This document shows positions 16,437 through 24,367 of a stretch of DNA of 26,663 nucleotides, in pieces. The stretch's first letter is position 1; each line of letters starts with the position of its first letter. The notes under the pieces were generated by a model. The model ran no database searches, was not told where the DNA came from, and saw nothing but the letters and a program-made list of their open reading frames with translations. Made by a program: the position numbers and the translations under genes. The DNA is from a virus (lineage: Duplodnaviria; Caudoviricetes): positions 1-26,663 of the IMG/VR virus record IMGVR_UViG_3300046007_003047. One strand, written 5' to 3'.

Positions 16437-17483
16437 ATGCCTGACGTTTTCAATCGTGCAAAAATGACAACTGCTACGGCAGGAACAGGCACAATTACGC
16501 TTGGTTCTGCCGTTTCTGGTTATCAAACTTTTGATAGTGCAGGAGTAACAAACGGAACAGTTGTTCATTACACGATTGAAAATGGAACTGCATGGGAAAT
16601 CGGAACCGGAACATATACATCTTCCGGCACAACACTTTCCAGAACACTTGTTCAAAGTTCAACTGGATCATTGCTTAATCTTTCCGGTTCTTCCGAAGTA
16701 TTTATAACTGCACCGGCAAGTGCAATTGCAAATCTTGATGCTGTAAATGCATCGACAGCAAGGACAAATCTTGGACTTGTTATCGGTACAAACGTCCAAG
16801 CATATGACGCAGAACTTGCAGCGATTGCGAGTCTAACATCCGCAGCCGACCGCTTGCCATATTTTACAGGTTCTGGAACTGCAGCTCTTGCTACATTCAC
16901 TGCTGCTGGTCGTACTCTTGTTGCCGATGCCGATGCTGCTGCACAGAGGACTACACTCGAACTTGTCGGACAGCAGACTATCTGGGTTCCTGCTGTTGCA
17001 ATGTATCCGAGAACAACAAATGGCCCACAGGGTGGTACAGTAGAAACTAGTACTAACAAAGTCATGCTTAAAACATTCGACTTTGATACGACAACTCAGG
17101 AGTTTGCTCAGTTTGCTATTCAAATGCCGAAGAGTTGGGATGAAGGGACACTAATCTGCCAGTTTATCTGGAGTCATGCTAGTACGACAACTAACTTCGG
17201 TGTAGCTTGGGAAATACAAGCTGTTGCTTTTGCAGATGATGATGCAGCCGATACTGCTTTTGGAACTGCTGTAACTGTAACCGATACTGGTGGTACAACA
17301 AACGATATTTACGTTACTGCTGAGTCTTCTGCACTGACAGTTGCTGGAACTCCAGGTAATGAAGAGTATGTTATTTTTCAAGTAAAAAGAGATCCTGCAA
17401 ATGCTTCAGATACTCTAGCAATAGATGCAAGGTTGCATGGAGTAAAGATTCATTACACAACTAATGCTGCTAGGGACAATTAA
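16437..17483 (+). CDS. fibre protein
   Basis: N-terminal [18 protein letters not shown]...WEIGTGTY fibre domain, ARTNLGL and [25 protein letters not shown] fibre repeats, beta-rich C-terminal domain. Confidence 0.8.
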   Translation: MPDVFNRAKMTTATAGTGTITLGSAVSGYQTFDSAGVTNGTVVHYTIENGTAWEIGTGTYTSSGTTLSRTLVQSSTGSLLNLSGSSEVFITAPASAIANLDAVNASTARTNLGLVIGTNVQAYDAELAAIASLTSAADRLPYFTGSGTAALATFTAAGRTLVADADAAAQRTTLELVGQQTIWVPAVAMYPRTTNGPQGGTVETSTNKVMLKTFDFDTTTQEFAQFAIQMPKSWDEGTLICQFIWSHASTTTNFGVAWEIQAVAFADDDAADTAFGTAVTVTDTGGTTNDIYVTAESSALTVAGTPGNEEYVIFQVKRDPANASDTLAIDARLHGVKIHYTTNAARDN

Positions 17484-17486
17484 CTA

Positions 17487-18203
17487 ATGTTAGCAGTAAC
17501 TCAGTTATCTGGTTTTGGTATTACAGCGGAAGACCTTTATTGGAATAATATTACTTCATTATTTCATTTTGATGGTTCTAACGGTAGTACAACATTTACT
17601 GATAACAGTAAATATAACCTTACTGCTACTGCTTTTGTGTCAGCTCAGATAAGTACAACTCAATCTAAATTTGGAGGATCATCTTTTTCAATTACACCGG
17701 GGGGAGGAGCTAGATTAGAAGTAGCATATAATAATAATCGTGTTTTAGATTTTGGTACAGGGGATTTTACAATTGATTTTTGGGTATACCGTAATGCTAC
17801 TGGCACAAGACACTATATTTTAGATACAAGATATGGTGCTGGTTTTGTAAACGGTATAGGAATAAGAATTGAAAACACTAATATTGTTACTATTGCAAAT
17901 AACAATACAAATCTTTTGCAAAGTGTAGGTACTATAAACGCATCACAGTGGTATCATATTGCCGTTTCTAGAGAAGGAACTACATTAAGATTGTTTATTG
18001 ATGGTACGTTAGATACTTCTGTTACAGATAATACTAGTTTTAGACAAAATGATTCAGGAAATTATTTTATAATAGGTGCTTCAGGATTTAACCTTGGTAA
18101 CGTACCTTTAAACGGATATCTTGATGAATTGAGAATTATAAAAGGTACAGCAGGATACACTTCAAACTTTACTCCTCCAACATCAGCGTATGCTAATCCA
18201 TAA
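17487..18203 (+). CDS. LamG / concanavalin A-like lectin domain protein (candidate receptor binding)
   Basis: LFHFDGSNGSTTFTD, QSKFGGSS, FGTGDFTIDFW, QWYHIAVSR, LFIDG and GYLDELRIIKG. Confidence 0.88.
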   Translation: MLAVTQLSGFGITAEDLYWNNITSLFHFDGSNGSTTFTDNSKYNLTATAFVSAQISTTQSKFGGSSFSITPGGGARLEVAYNNNRVLDFGTGDFTIDFWVYRNATGTRHYILDTRYGAGFVNGIGIRIENTNIVTIANNNTNLLQSVGTINASQWYHIAVSREGTTLRLFIDGTLDTSVTDNTSFRQNDSGNYFIIGASGFNLGNVPLNGYLDELRIIKGTAGYTSNFTPPTSAYANP

Positions 18204-18215
18204 AGGTACAATTAA

Positions 18216-18626
18216 ATGAACGAATATGCACTGTTAATCAATAATGTGTTTCAGGAAACCCGTTCTTACAATAGTAAGCCGGTAGATATACCCCATAAGA
18301 AAGTTTCTTGGCATCCTGTTATTAGAGAAACAGGGGATTATTTTGAAGGGCTAGACGGAGATAACTGGATAATTAGAGCACCAGATCCGGCAACTATTCC
18401 ACCTTATTCTATTACACCTCGTCAGTGTAGGCTACTTCTTCTTCAACAGGGGCTTTTGTCTGATGTTGAAAACATGATTGCTAGTCAAGATGAAGCTACT
18501 AAGATTACTTGGGAGTACGCACTAGAGTTTCGTAGAGACGATCCACTACTGCTTCAACTTGCAAAGAACCTAAATCTTACTGAAGAGCAGATTGACCAGT
18601 TCTTTATTGCAGCAGCGCATCTTTAA
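18216..18626 (+). CDS. probable fibre assembly chaperone
   Basis: ITPRQCRLLL...WEYALEFRRDDPLL...LNLTEEQIDQFFIAA, a pattern typical of small genes following phage fibres. Confidence 0.65.
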   Translation: MNEYALLINNVFQETRSYNSKPVDIPHKKVSWHPVIRETGDYFEGLDGDNWIIRAPDPATIPPYSITPRQCRLLLLQQGLLSDVENMIASQDEATKITWEYALEFRRDDPLLLQLAKNLNLTEEQIDQFFIAAAHL

Positions 18627-18635
18627 GGAACAGCG

Positions 18636-19691
18636 ATGCTCGGCTTTAATGCACTTGCAAAACTACCTCTTGCAGATGATGGTCCGTTAGTTTCTGCAAT
18701 AAATATATTTGTTCCAAATTCTTCTATTGCCGTTGCGGTAATAGATCCAGCAATTTTTTCTGGAAAATCTGTATCGGTTCCAAGTGCTTTAATCACTCTT
18801 ACGGAAATTGCTCCGTCTATATCTTCTGGAAAATCAATATTTTCTCCAGATGCATCAATCGCAATCACAACTAATAATCCATCTATATCAGCTGGAAAAA
18901 GTCTTTCTGTTCCAATATCTAATATTGAAATTGCAGCAATTGCTCCTGGTGTATCATCAGGCAAATCAATATTTGCTCCAAATTCAATTATTGCAGTTTC
19001 ATCATTTGCACCAATCATTTCGATTGGCGTTATAGTATCATCACCATCTGCATCAATTGCAATTTCAGTTAATGATCCAAGCATTTATGCAGGGAAATCA
19101 ATTCCTGTTCCTGTTGGACAAATTGATTTTTATGCTCACGCTCCATCATTTTTCACATCAACAGAAATTCTTGTACCCAACGCTCAAATTGCAATTGATG
19201 GCAATGCTCCAGTAATTAGAACTGGAGTAACAATTAATCTTGAAACTGCGAATATTAATATTGAAGGTTTACCTCCAAGTTTCAGCTCTGGTAAATTTAT
19301 AAGTGTTCCGTCTGCAAATATTAATATTTCCGTTCTGACTCCAGTAGTAGCATCTGGGAAAAGTCGAAATATTCCCAATGCAATTATAGCAATAAATAGT
19401 TTTGCTCCGAATGTTTTTTCGGGCAAATCAATATTGAGTCCAACATCTTCTCTAACAATTTCAACTCTGATTCCCAAAATCAGTTCTGGAAAATCTGTAA
19501 AAAGTCCATTTTCAACAATAACAATTTTAGGGATTATTCCAATAATCGGCATAAATTCTGGAACGGGAAGATATGCGCATTGGAATTTGTCAAACAATAA
19601 TGCTAATATCAATACTGGGGCAAATAATGTATTGATTGGAAATAGTTCTAGAAAATCTTCTATTAACAACAGCTCTAGAAGGGTTGCATGA
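18636..19691 (+). CDS. beta-strand repeat virion protein (13 x 22 aa)
   Basis: N-terminal MLGFNALAKLPLADD followed by tandem GKSIxxPxAxIxIxxxxPxIxS units. Confidence 0.8.
   Translation: MLGFNALAKLPLADDGPLVSAINIFVPNSSIAVAVIDPAIFSGKSVSVPSALITLTEIAPSISSGKSIFSPDASIAITTNNPSISAGKSLSVPISNIEIAAIAPGVSSGKSIFAPNSIIAVSSFAPIISIGVIVSSPSASIAISVNDPSIYAGKSIPVPVGQIDFYAHAPSFFTSTEILVPNAQIAIDGNAPVIRTGVTINLETANINIEGLPPSFSSGKFISVPSANINISVLTPVVASGKSRNIPNAIIAINSFAPNVFSGKSILSPTSSLTISTLIPKISSGKSVKSPFSTITILGIIPIIGINSGTGRYAHWNLSNNNANINTGANNVLIGNSSRKSSINNSSRRVA
18696..19553 (+). repeat. 13 degenerate 66-bp (22-aa) tandem repeats
   Basis: Units aligned by hand without indels, e.g. GKSVSVPSALITLTEIAPSISS, GKSIFSPDASIAITTNNPSISA, GKSILSPTSSLTISTLIPKISS. 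Confidence 0.85.
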
Positions 19692-20017
19692 TGGCAACGT
19701 TCGTAATCAAGCAGAATGATACAAGCCCTTCAATAGAGGCTACGTTAACAAATATTAATGGAACTGCTATTAATATTACCAATGCTTCAGTTCGTTTTCA
19801 TATGAAAAATATGACAAACAATAATCTTGTTATTGATCAGGCAGCGACCATAATCAATGGCGTTGGTGGAATTGTAAGATACAATTGGCAAGCAGCAGAT
19901 ACTCAGAAAATTGGTATCTATTCTTGCGAGTTTGAGGTTACATTTCTTGATAATTCAATAGAAACATTTCCAAACGATGAGAAAATAATTGTTTCGATTG
20001 AGAGTGAGATAAACTGA
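19688..20017 (+). CDS. BppU N-terminal-like anchor domain protein
   Basis: IKQNDT.P.I.ATL, G.VRYNWQAADT..IG.Y.CEFEVTF...IETFP pattern. Confidence 0.65.
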   Translation: MMATFVIKQNDTSPSIEATLTNINGTAINITNASVRFHMKNMTNNNLVIDQAATIINGVGGIVRYNWQAADTQKIGIYSCEFEVTFLDNSIETFPNDEKIIVSIESEIN

Positions 20018-20694
20018 TGTCATTGCGCTCTACGATTAATCTATACCAAGATCGCGGATCAAAAATTGTAACAAATCCAGAAAGTGAACCAGTTTCACTT
20101 ATGGATGTGAAGCAATATTTGCGAATTGATGATAATTCTGAAGATTCTATTATAGCAGATCAGATTATGGAGGCTCGCAGATTAATAGAGGATCAAATTA
20201 ATCTAGCCTTTATCTCACAGACGTGGCGGCTTGCACTCGATCAATGGCCCGCTGGTGGTGAGGCGTGGTGGGACGGTGTGCGAGAGATGTCTATCAATGA
20301 TTTGTATCGCAGCAATATGTTGCAATCGGTCATGCTGCCACGATGGCCTTTGGTGTCTATCACTTCGATCACTACTTATGACGAGGATAGCAACTCAACT
20401 TCGATCACGACTGCAAATGTGTTTGATGTCGATACATACCGCACGCCTGGAAGGCTTACACTGAAGCGCGGCCAGACTTGGCCGGTTGCATTGCGTTCTA
20501 ATAATGCCATTGAGATCGTATATGTGGCTGGATATGCTAATGCAGCGTCTGTTCCATCGACCATGAAGCGGGCTGTGAAGCAACTCGCAGCGTTCCTCTA
20601 CGCCCATCGCGGCGACGATTGCGATCCGTCACAAGCCTATGTTGATTCTGGCGCTGAATCCATCATGGCGCAATTCAAGGTGGCTCGGATATGA
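20017..20694 (+). CDS. head-tail adaptor (gp6-like, phiE125 gp8 type)
   Basis: EPVSLMDVKQYLRID, FISQTWRL, IEIVYVAGY and VPSTMKRAVKQLAAFLYAHRGD. Confidence 0.9.
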   Translation: MSLRSTINLYQDRGSKIVTNPESEPVSLMDVKQYLRIDDNSEDSIIADQIMEARRLIEDQINLAFISQTWRLALDQWPAGGEAWWDGVREMSINDLYRSNMLQSVMLPRWPLVSITSITTYDEDSNSTSITTANVFDVDTYRTPGRLTLKRGQTWPVALRSNNAIEIVYVAGYANAASVPSTMKRAVKQLAAFLYAHRGDDCDPSQAYVDSGAESIMAQFKVARI

Positions 20695-21461
20695 CCTTCC
20701 CATCCAGCCTTGACATTGCGCGTGGCCTCGCTCCCGGCTGTCGGTCATTTAACAAGTTTGGCCGCAACACATCTATCGGCTCGAATTTCACGCCTGTGTC
20801 GAGGTCTGGCTTTTACCGTACGCCGCAAGCCAATGCTCCCGTTCATCTCCGCATCAAGGCTGGCGGCAACGCCAACGACACCGCCAACGGTTCCGGTGCG
20901 CGGGAGGTTACGCTTATCGGCATCGATCAATTTGGTGACTACACCACCGAGGCACTGGAAACGGCGGGGGCTTCTGCAAGCGCAGCAACGTCGAAGTCAT
21001 TCATCCGGCTGTTTGATTCCTATGTGTCCAAGTCTGGAACCTATGCAACACAGACGGATGGATCGCACGCAGGAACAATTATCATTGAGAACGCCACAGG
21101 AGGCCAAGACTGGGCGACGATCACAGATGGCGCACTGGGTCGAGGCAAGACCGAAATGGCCGTCTACACCACTCCCCGTGACCGCAGCGCGGCATTGAGA
21201 AACATCACCGTATCAAGCGATGCCGACAAGAAGGCAAATATTGTCCTCTACAAGCGGGAGAATATCCTCGAAGTGGCCGCGCCATATACCTCGATGCTTC
21301 TCGTCACCGAGTATCCGCAAAGTTCCGGCTTGTTCGATGTGGTCTTTGATCCGCCGCTCTACTTCCCGCCGCTATGCGACTTCGGCTTCCTTGCCAACGT
21401 ATCGGCCAGCACCGTCGATGTCGCTGTCAATATGGACATTGTGGAGTTCAACTCACGATGA
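20691..21461 (+). CDS. hypothetical beta-rich virion protein within the neck module
   Basis: 256 aa with ATGA overlaps at both ends; FNKFGRN and DTANGSGAREVTLIGID motifs. Confidence 0.7.
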   Translation: MTFPSSLDIARGLAPGCRSFNKFGRNTSIGSNFTPVSRSGFYRTPQANAPVHLRIKAGGNANDTANGSGAREVTLIGIDQFGDYTTEALETAGASASAATSKSFIRLFDSYVSKSGTYATQTDGSHAGTIIIENATGGQDWATITDGALGRGKTEMAVYTTPRDRSAALRNITVSSDADKKANIVLYKRENILEVAAPYTSMLLVTEYPQSSGLFDVVFDPPLYFPPLCDFGFLANVSASTVDVAVNMDIVEFNSR

Positions 21462-21802
21462 AGTGCTGCGATCTTAATTCCGGCAAGCTCAAAGAACCAG
21501 TGACGTTCGAGCGCAAGACTCTCACAAGTGATGGTGCTGGCGGCATGACGCAGGCTTGGGCGACTGTAAGCGGCGCACCGACAAGGGCTTATGTCGTGCC
21601 GGTAAGCGGGTCTGAACGCTATGCTTCCGACCGCGTGGAGGCTACGGTGCGACTCAGGCTCGTGGTGCGTTATGTCAGCGGCTTGCGTGAGACAGATCGA
21701 GTGCAGATTCGGAATAAAATACACAACATCAGGTTTATAGACAACCTAGAGTTTGCCAACAAGTGGTTGCAAATCGACGTTGATGGTGGAGTTGCGTCTT
21801 GA
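21458..21802 (+). CDS. head closure / stopper protein (SPP1 gp16-like)
   Basis: Start at ATG 21458; GKLKEPVTF, DGAGG...W, PVSGSE and HNIRFID. Confidence 0.88.
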   Translation: MKCCDLNSGKLKEPVTFERKTLTSDGAGGMTQAWATVSGAPTRAYVVPVSGSERYASDRVEATVRLRLVVRYVSGLRETDRVQIRNKIHNIRFIDNLEFANKWLQIDVDGGVAS

Positions 21803-22257
21803 GGGACGTGAAGGTCGAGATCAATGGCTTGAAAGAGGTTCAGGAGGCAATCCGGGCCTATCAGGGCGATATTTCGAGGCAGTTAGGTCTGATCGTCAAT
21901 GCCGCAGCCATCGAGGCTGTGAGTGACGTAAAGCGTGCTATCCAAGGGCCGCCAAAGACGGGCCGGGAGTATGCTCGTGGCCGCGATAAAATTCACCGCG
22001 CATCCGCCCCAGGGCAAGCCCCGGCAACAGATACAGGTACGCTTGTCAGTTCTATCTATAATGAAGACCGGGGCGAATATTCAAAAGCCATAGGCTCACG
22101 GCTTGACTACGCTTACTACCTTGAGTTTGGCACTTTTAGAATCGCACCTCGTCCCGCTTGGATTCCCGCTGTCGAGCGTACCATCCCAAAGATGCTAAAA
22201 CGTGTTAATGTTGCAATTGCGAAGGCCAAGGCCAAGGCGGAGAAAACCACAAAATGA
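21799..22257 (+). CDS. HK97 gp10-like tail completion protein
   Basis: SAPGQAPATDTGTLVSSI, YAYYLEFGT and PRPAWIPA; TTG start overlapping the upstream stop. Confidence 0.88.
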   Translation: MRDVKVEINGLKEVQEAIRAYQGDISRQLGLIVNAAAIEAVSDVKRAIQGPPKTGREYARGRDKIHRASAPGQAPATDTGTLVSSIYNEDRGEYSKAIGSRLDYAYYLEFGTFRIAPRPAWIPAVERTIPKMLKRVNVAIAKAKAKAEKTTK

Positions 22258-22682
22258 AATCCGACGATCTGCAACAGGCGATCTACACACGGCTCAATGA
22301 TAGCGCCGTCACTAGCCTTCTCAGCACTTATTATAGCCCGTTGGTGGCGATCTTTACCGATGTCCCCCAGGCGGCTGACAGCGAGCTAGAGACGGCTTTC
22401 CCGTTCATCACCATCGGGGCAGATACGATTAACCCATTCGATAACAAGGACGATCTAGGCGGTTCAGCGGTCGTTCAGATTGATGTCTGGGACCGCGCCG
22501 CATCCATGCTGGATCTCAAGACTGTAGTCGATGCCGTCGATGGTCGTTTGCGCCGTCAACCCCTTAGCATCGCTGGTGTTACCCATATCACAACCGATCT
22601 AGACAGTTGCACATTCTCCCGCGACCCGGATGGCAAGACAAAGCGGGCCTTGATTTTGTACCGTGTCTTGTGGATTGCATGA
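22254..22682 (+). CDS. tail terminator (DUF3168 / gp17-like)
   Basis: LQQAIYTRL, IFTDVP, FPFITIG, QIDVW and RDPDGKT. Confidence 0.88.
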   Translation: MKSDDLQQAIYTRLNDSAVTSLLSTYYSPLVAIFTDVPQAADSELETAFPFITIGADTINPFDNKDDLGGSAVVQIDVWDRAASMLDLKTVVDAVDGRLRRQPLSIAGVTHITTDLDSCTFSRDPDGKTKRALILYRVLWIA

Positions 22683-22697
22683 TTTCCGTGCTAAAAT
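22668..22697 (+). promoter_or_regulatory. candidate promoter for the tail tube genes
   Basis: TTGTGG, 18 bp, TAAAAT with extended -10 TG; similar in form to the 12778 promoter. Confidence 0.45.
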
Positions 22698-22720
22698 AGA
22701 CGAAACGAAAGGGTGTTTTG

Positions 22721-23401
22721 ATGGCTATTTCTGGCCGCTCAGTCCGTATAAGCCGCAGCGGGTCCAATATTGTTGGCGCTCGCGCTGATAGTGTGACGAT
22801 CAATAACGAGCCTCTCGACATCACGGATAAAGACGATTCCGGCTGGCGAACCATGCTGGCTGATGTTGGATTGCGTTCTGTTTCTTGCGAAGTTGAAGGT
22901 GTGTTGAAAGATACAATTCTGCTCGCGGATAGTGTCGGAAATCCATCTACAGCACTTCTCAAAGAATGCGTTGTGACGATCTCCGGCATTGGAACCCTGA
23001 CCGGCGACTTCATGTTGCAAGGATTGCAGATTGGTGCCGAGCAAGCTGATGTTGTAACCTTTACCGCCACGCTCGAAAGTGGCGAAAACATGACCGCCAC
23101 CATCGGCCCCTACAACACTGTTCTCCCGGCCATCACTGGCACGCTTTCTGGGACCAATGTCCAGACTACGACAAATGGCACATGGGCTGGTGATGCTACG
23201 ATCACATTTGCCCGCCAGTGGCAGCGCGGCAATAATGCCGATGGTACCGATCCTTCTTGGACCAATATCGCTTCTGCTACTGGATTGACCTATACTCTAA
23301 CAGGATCGGACACCGGAAAATACATTCGGTGCCGTGTAACCGCCACCAACAGCGTCGGGTCTACGGTGGCCTTCTCGAACATTCGTGGACCCGTAACCTA
23401 G
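22721..23401 (+). CDS. tail tube protein paralogue 1 with C-terminal Ig-like domain
   Basis: TP901-1-type tube motif NNEPLDITDKDDSGWR. C-terminal PYNTVLPAITG...GTW...QWQR...ATGLTYTLTGSDTGKYIRCRVTATNSVG is Ig-like. Confidence 0.88.
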   Translation: MAISGRSVRISRSGSNIVGARADSVTINNEPLDITDKDDSGWRTMLADVGLRSVSCEVEGVLKDTILLADSVGNPSTALLKECVVTISGIGTLTGDFMLQGLQIGAEQADVVTFTATLESGENMTATIGPYNTVLPAITGTLSGTNVQTTTNGTWAGDATITFARQWQRGNNADGTDPSWTNIASATGLTYTLTGSDTGKYIRCRVTATNSVGSTVAFSNIRGPVT

Positions 23402-23415
23402 AAAGGAACTGAGAT

Positions 23416-23805
23416 ATGCCCGCAATTGCCGGTCGCAAGGTTCGCATCAAGCGCGGTTCTACCGCTGTCGCTGGAGCGCGTGCCGATAGTTTTACCATCA
23501 ACAATGAGCCGATTGATATCACCGAGAAGGACGATAACGGCTGGCGCAAGTACCTGGCCGATGTCGGCGTGCGCTCTATTGATGCAGAAGTCGAAGGCAT
23601 CCTTGAGGATTCAACTTTCTTGGCGCTTGCAGTCGGCACTGCCTCGGCGCTTCTCGAATCCTATACCATCGAGCTTCTTGGCATTGGTTCGTTCACTGGC
23701 AATTTCTACCTTGCCTCATTCGCCGTCACTGGCGAACAGGCCGATGCAACGACCTTTACCGCATCGATTCAGTCTTCTGGCACGATTACATTTACGGCAT
23801 CATAA
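23416..23805 (+). CDS. tail tube protein paralogue 2 (tube domain only)
   Basis: NNEPIDITEKDDNGWRKYLADVG; aligns end to end with the N-terminal domain of the preceding gene. Confidence 0.88.
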   Translation: MPAIAGRKVRIKRGSTAVAGARADSFTINNEPIDITEKDDNGWRKYLADVGVRSIDAEVEGILEDSTFLALAVGTASALLESYTIELLGIGSFTGNFYLASFAVTGEQADATTFTASIQSSGTITFTAS

Positions 23806-24176
23806 TGGCTGTTTTTCGCGAGCTGACAATAAAGTGGAAGGGCAAGGATTATACCTTTGTCCCTTCCATGCGTCTCATGCGTTCTATCGAGATGGGAGAT
23901 ATATCATTTACTGATATAGCCGTGCGAACCTCGCAAGGTCGCCCACCGATTTCGCACATTGCATTTGTCCTTTCTAAAATGCTTGTGTCGGCTGGATGCA
24001 AGGTTACGGATGAAGAGGTGTATGCTGAACTGATCAGTGGATCACAAGATGATGTGACAAATCTTATTTCATTCGTTCTGATGGCATTTTCACCGGCAGA
24101 GACTAACTCAAAAAACAAAGACGCCCAGACCGAAAGCCAGTCGGAGGCGAGGGCGATGGAGACCACGGAAAACTAG
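23805..24176 (+). CDS. tail assembly chaperone (gpG-like)
   Basis: Position between tube and tape measure genes; contains slippery A AAA AAC near its end. Confidence 0.82.
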   Translation: MAVFRELTIKWKGKDYTFVPSMRLMRSIEMGDISFTDIAVRTSQGRPPISHIAFVLSKMLVSAGCKVTDEEVYAELISGSQDDVTNLISFVLMAFSPAETNSKNKDAQTESQSEARAMETTEN

Positions 24177-24367
24177 ACTGGAATGGAATGTATCTCTGGG
24201 CGAGACAATGGGGCGTTCAACCTAGCGAATTTTGGGAGATGACAATCTCTGAATGGTGGCTAGAATACGAGTTGAAAGCACCAACCGATCCAAAAGAAAA
24301 GTACGCTGGAAAGTTAACAAGAGCTGATGTCGAAGAATTAAAGGAATTATTGCATGGCTCAAGTTAG
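24110..24367 (+). CDS. -1 frameshift extension of the tail chaperone (gpT part of gpGT)
   Basis: The -1 frame is open from the slippery site to TAG 24365-24367: KQRRPDRKPVGG...LDWNGMYLWARQWGVQPSEFWEMTISEWWLEY...LHGSS. Confidence 0.82.
   Translation, partial: KKQRRPDRKPVGGEGDGDHGKLDWNGMYLWARQWGVQPSEFWEMTISEWWLEYELKAPTDPKEKYAGKLTRADVEELKELLHGSS

Noticed and set aside
18623-19669. Repeat-bearing minus-strand ORFs, or a CRISPR/DGR reading of the 66-bp periodicity
   Set aside because: They mirror the plus-strand 22-aa repeats. The DNA repeats are degenerate with no constant repeat plus spacer, and I see no reverse transcriptase or TR/VR pair.
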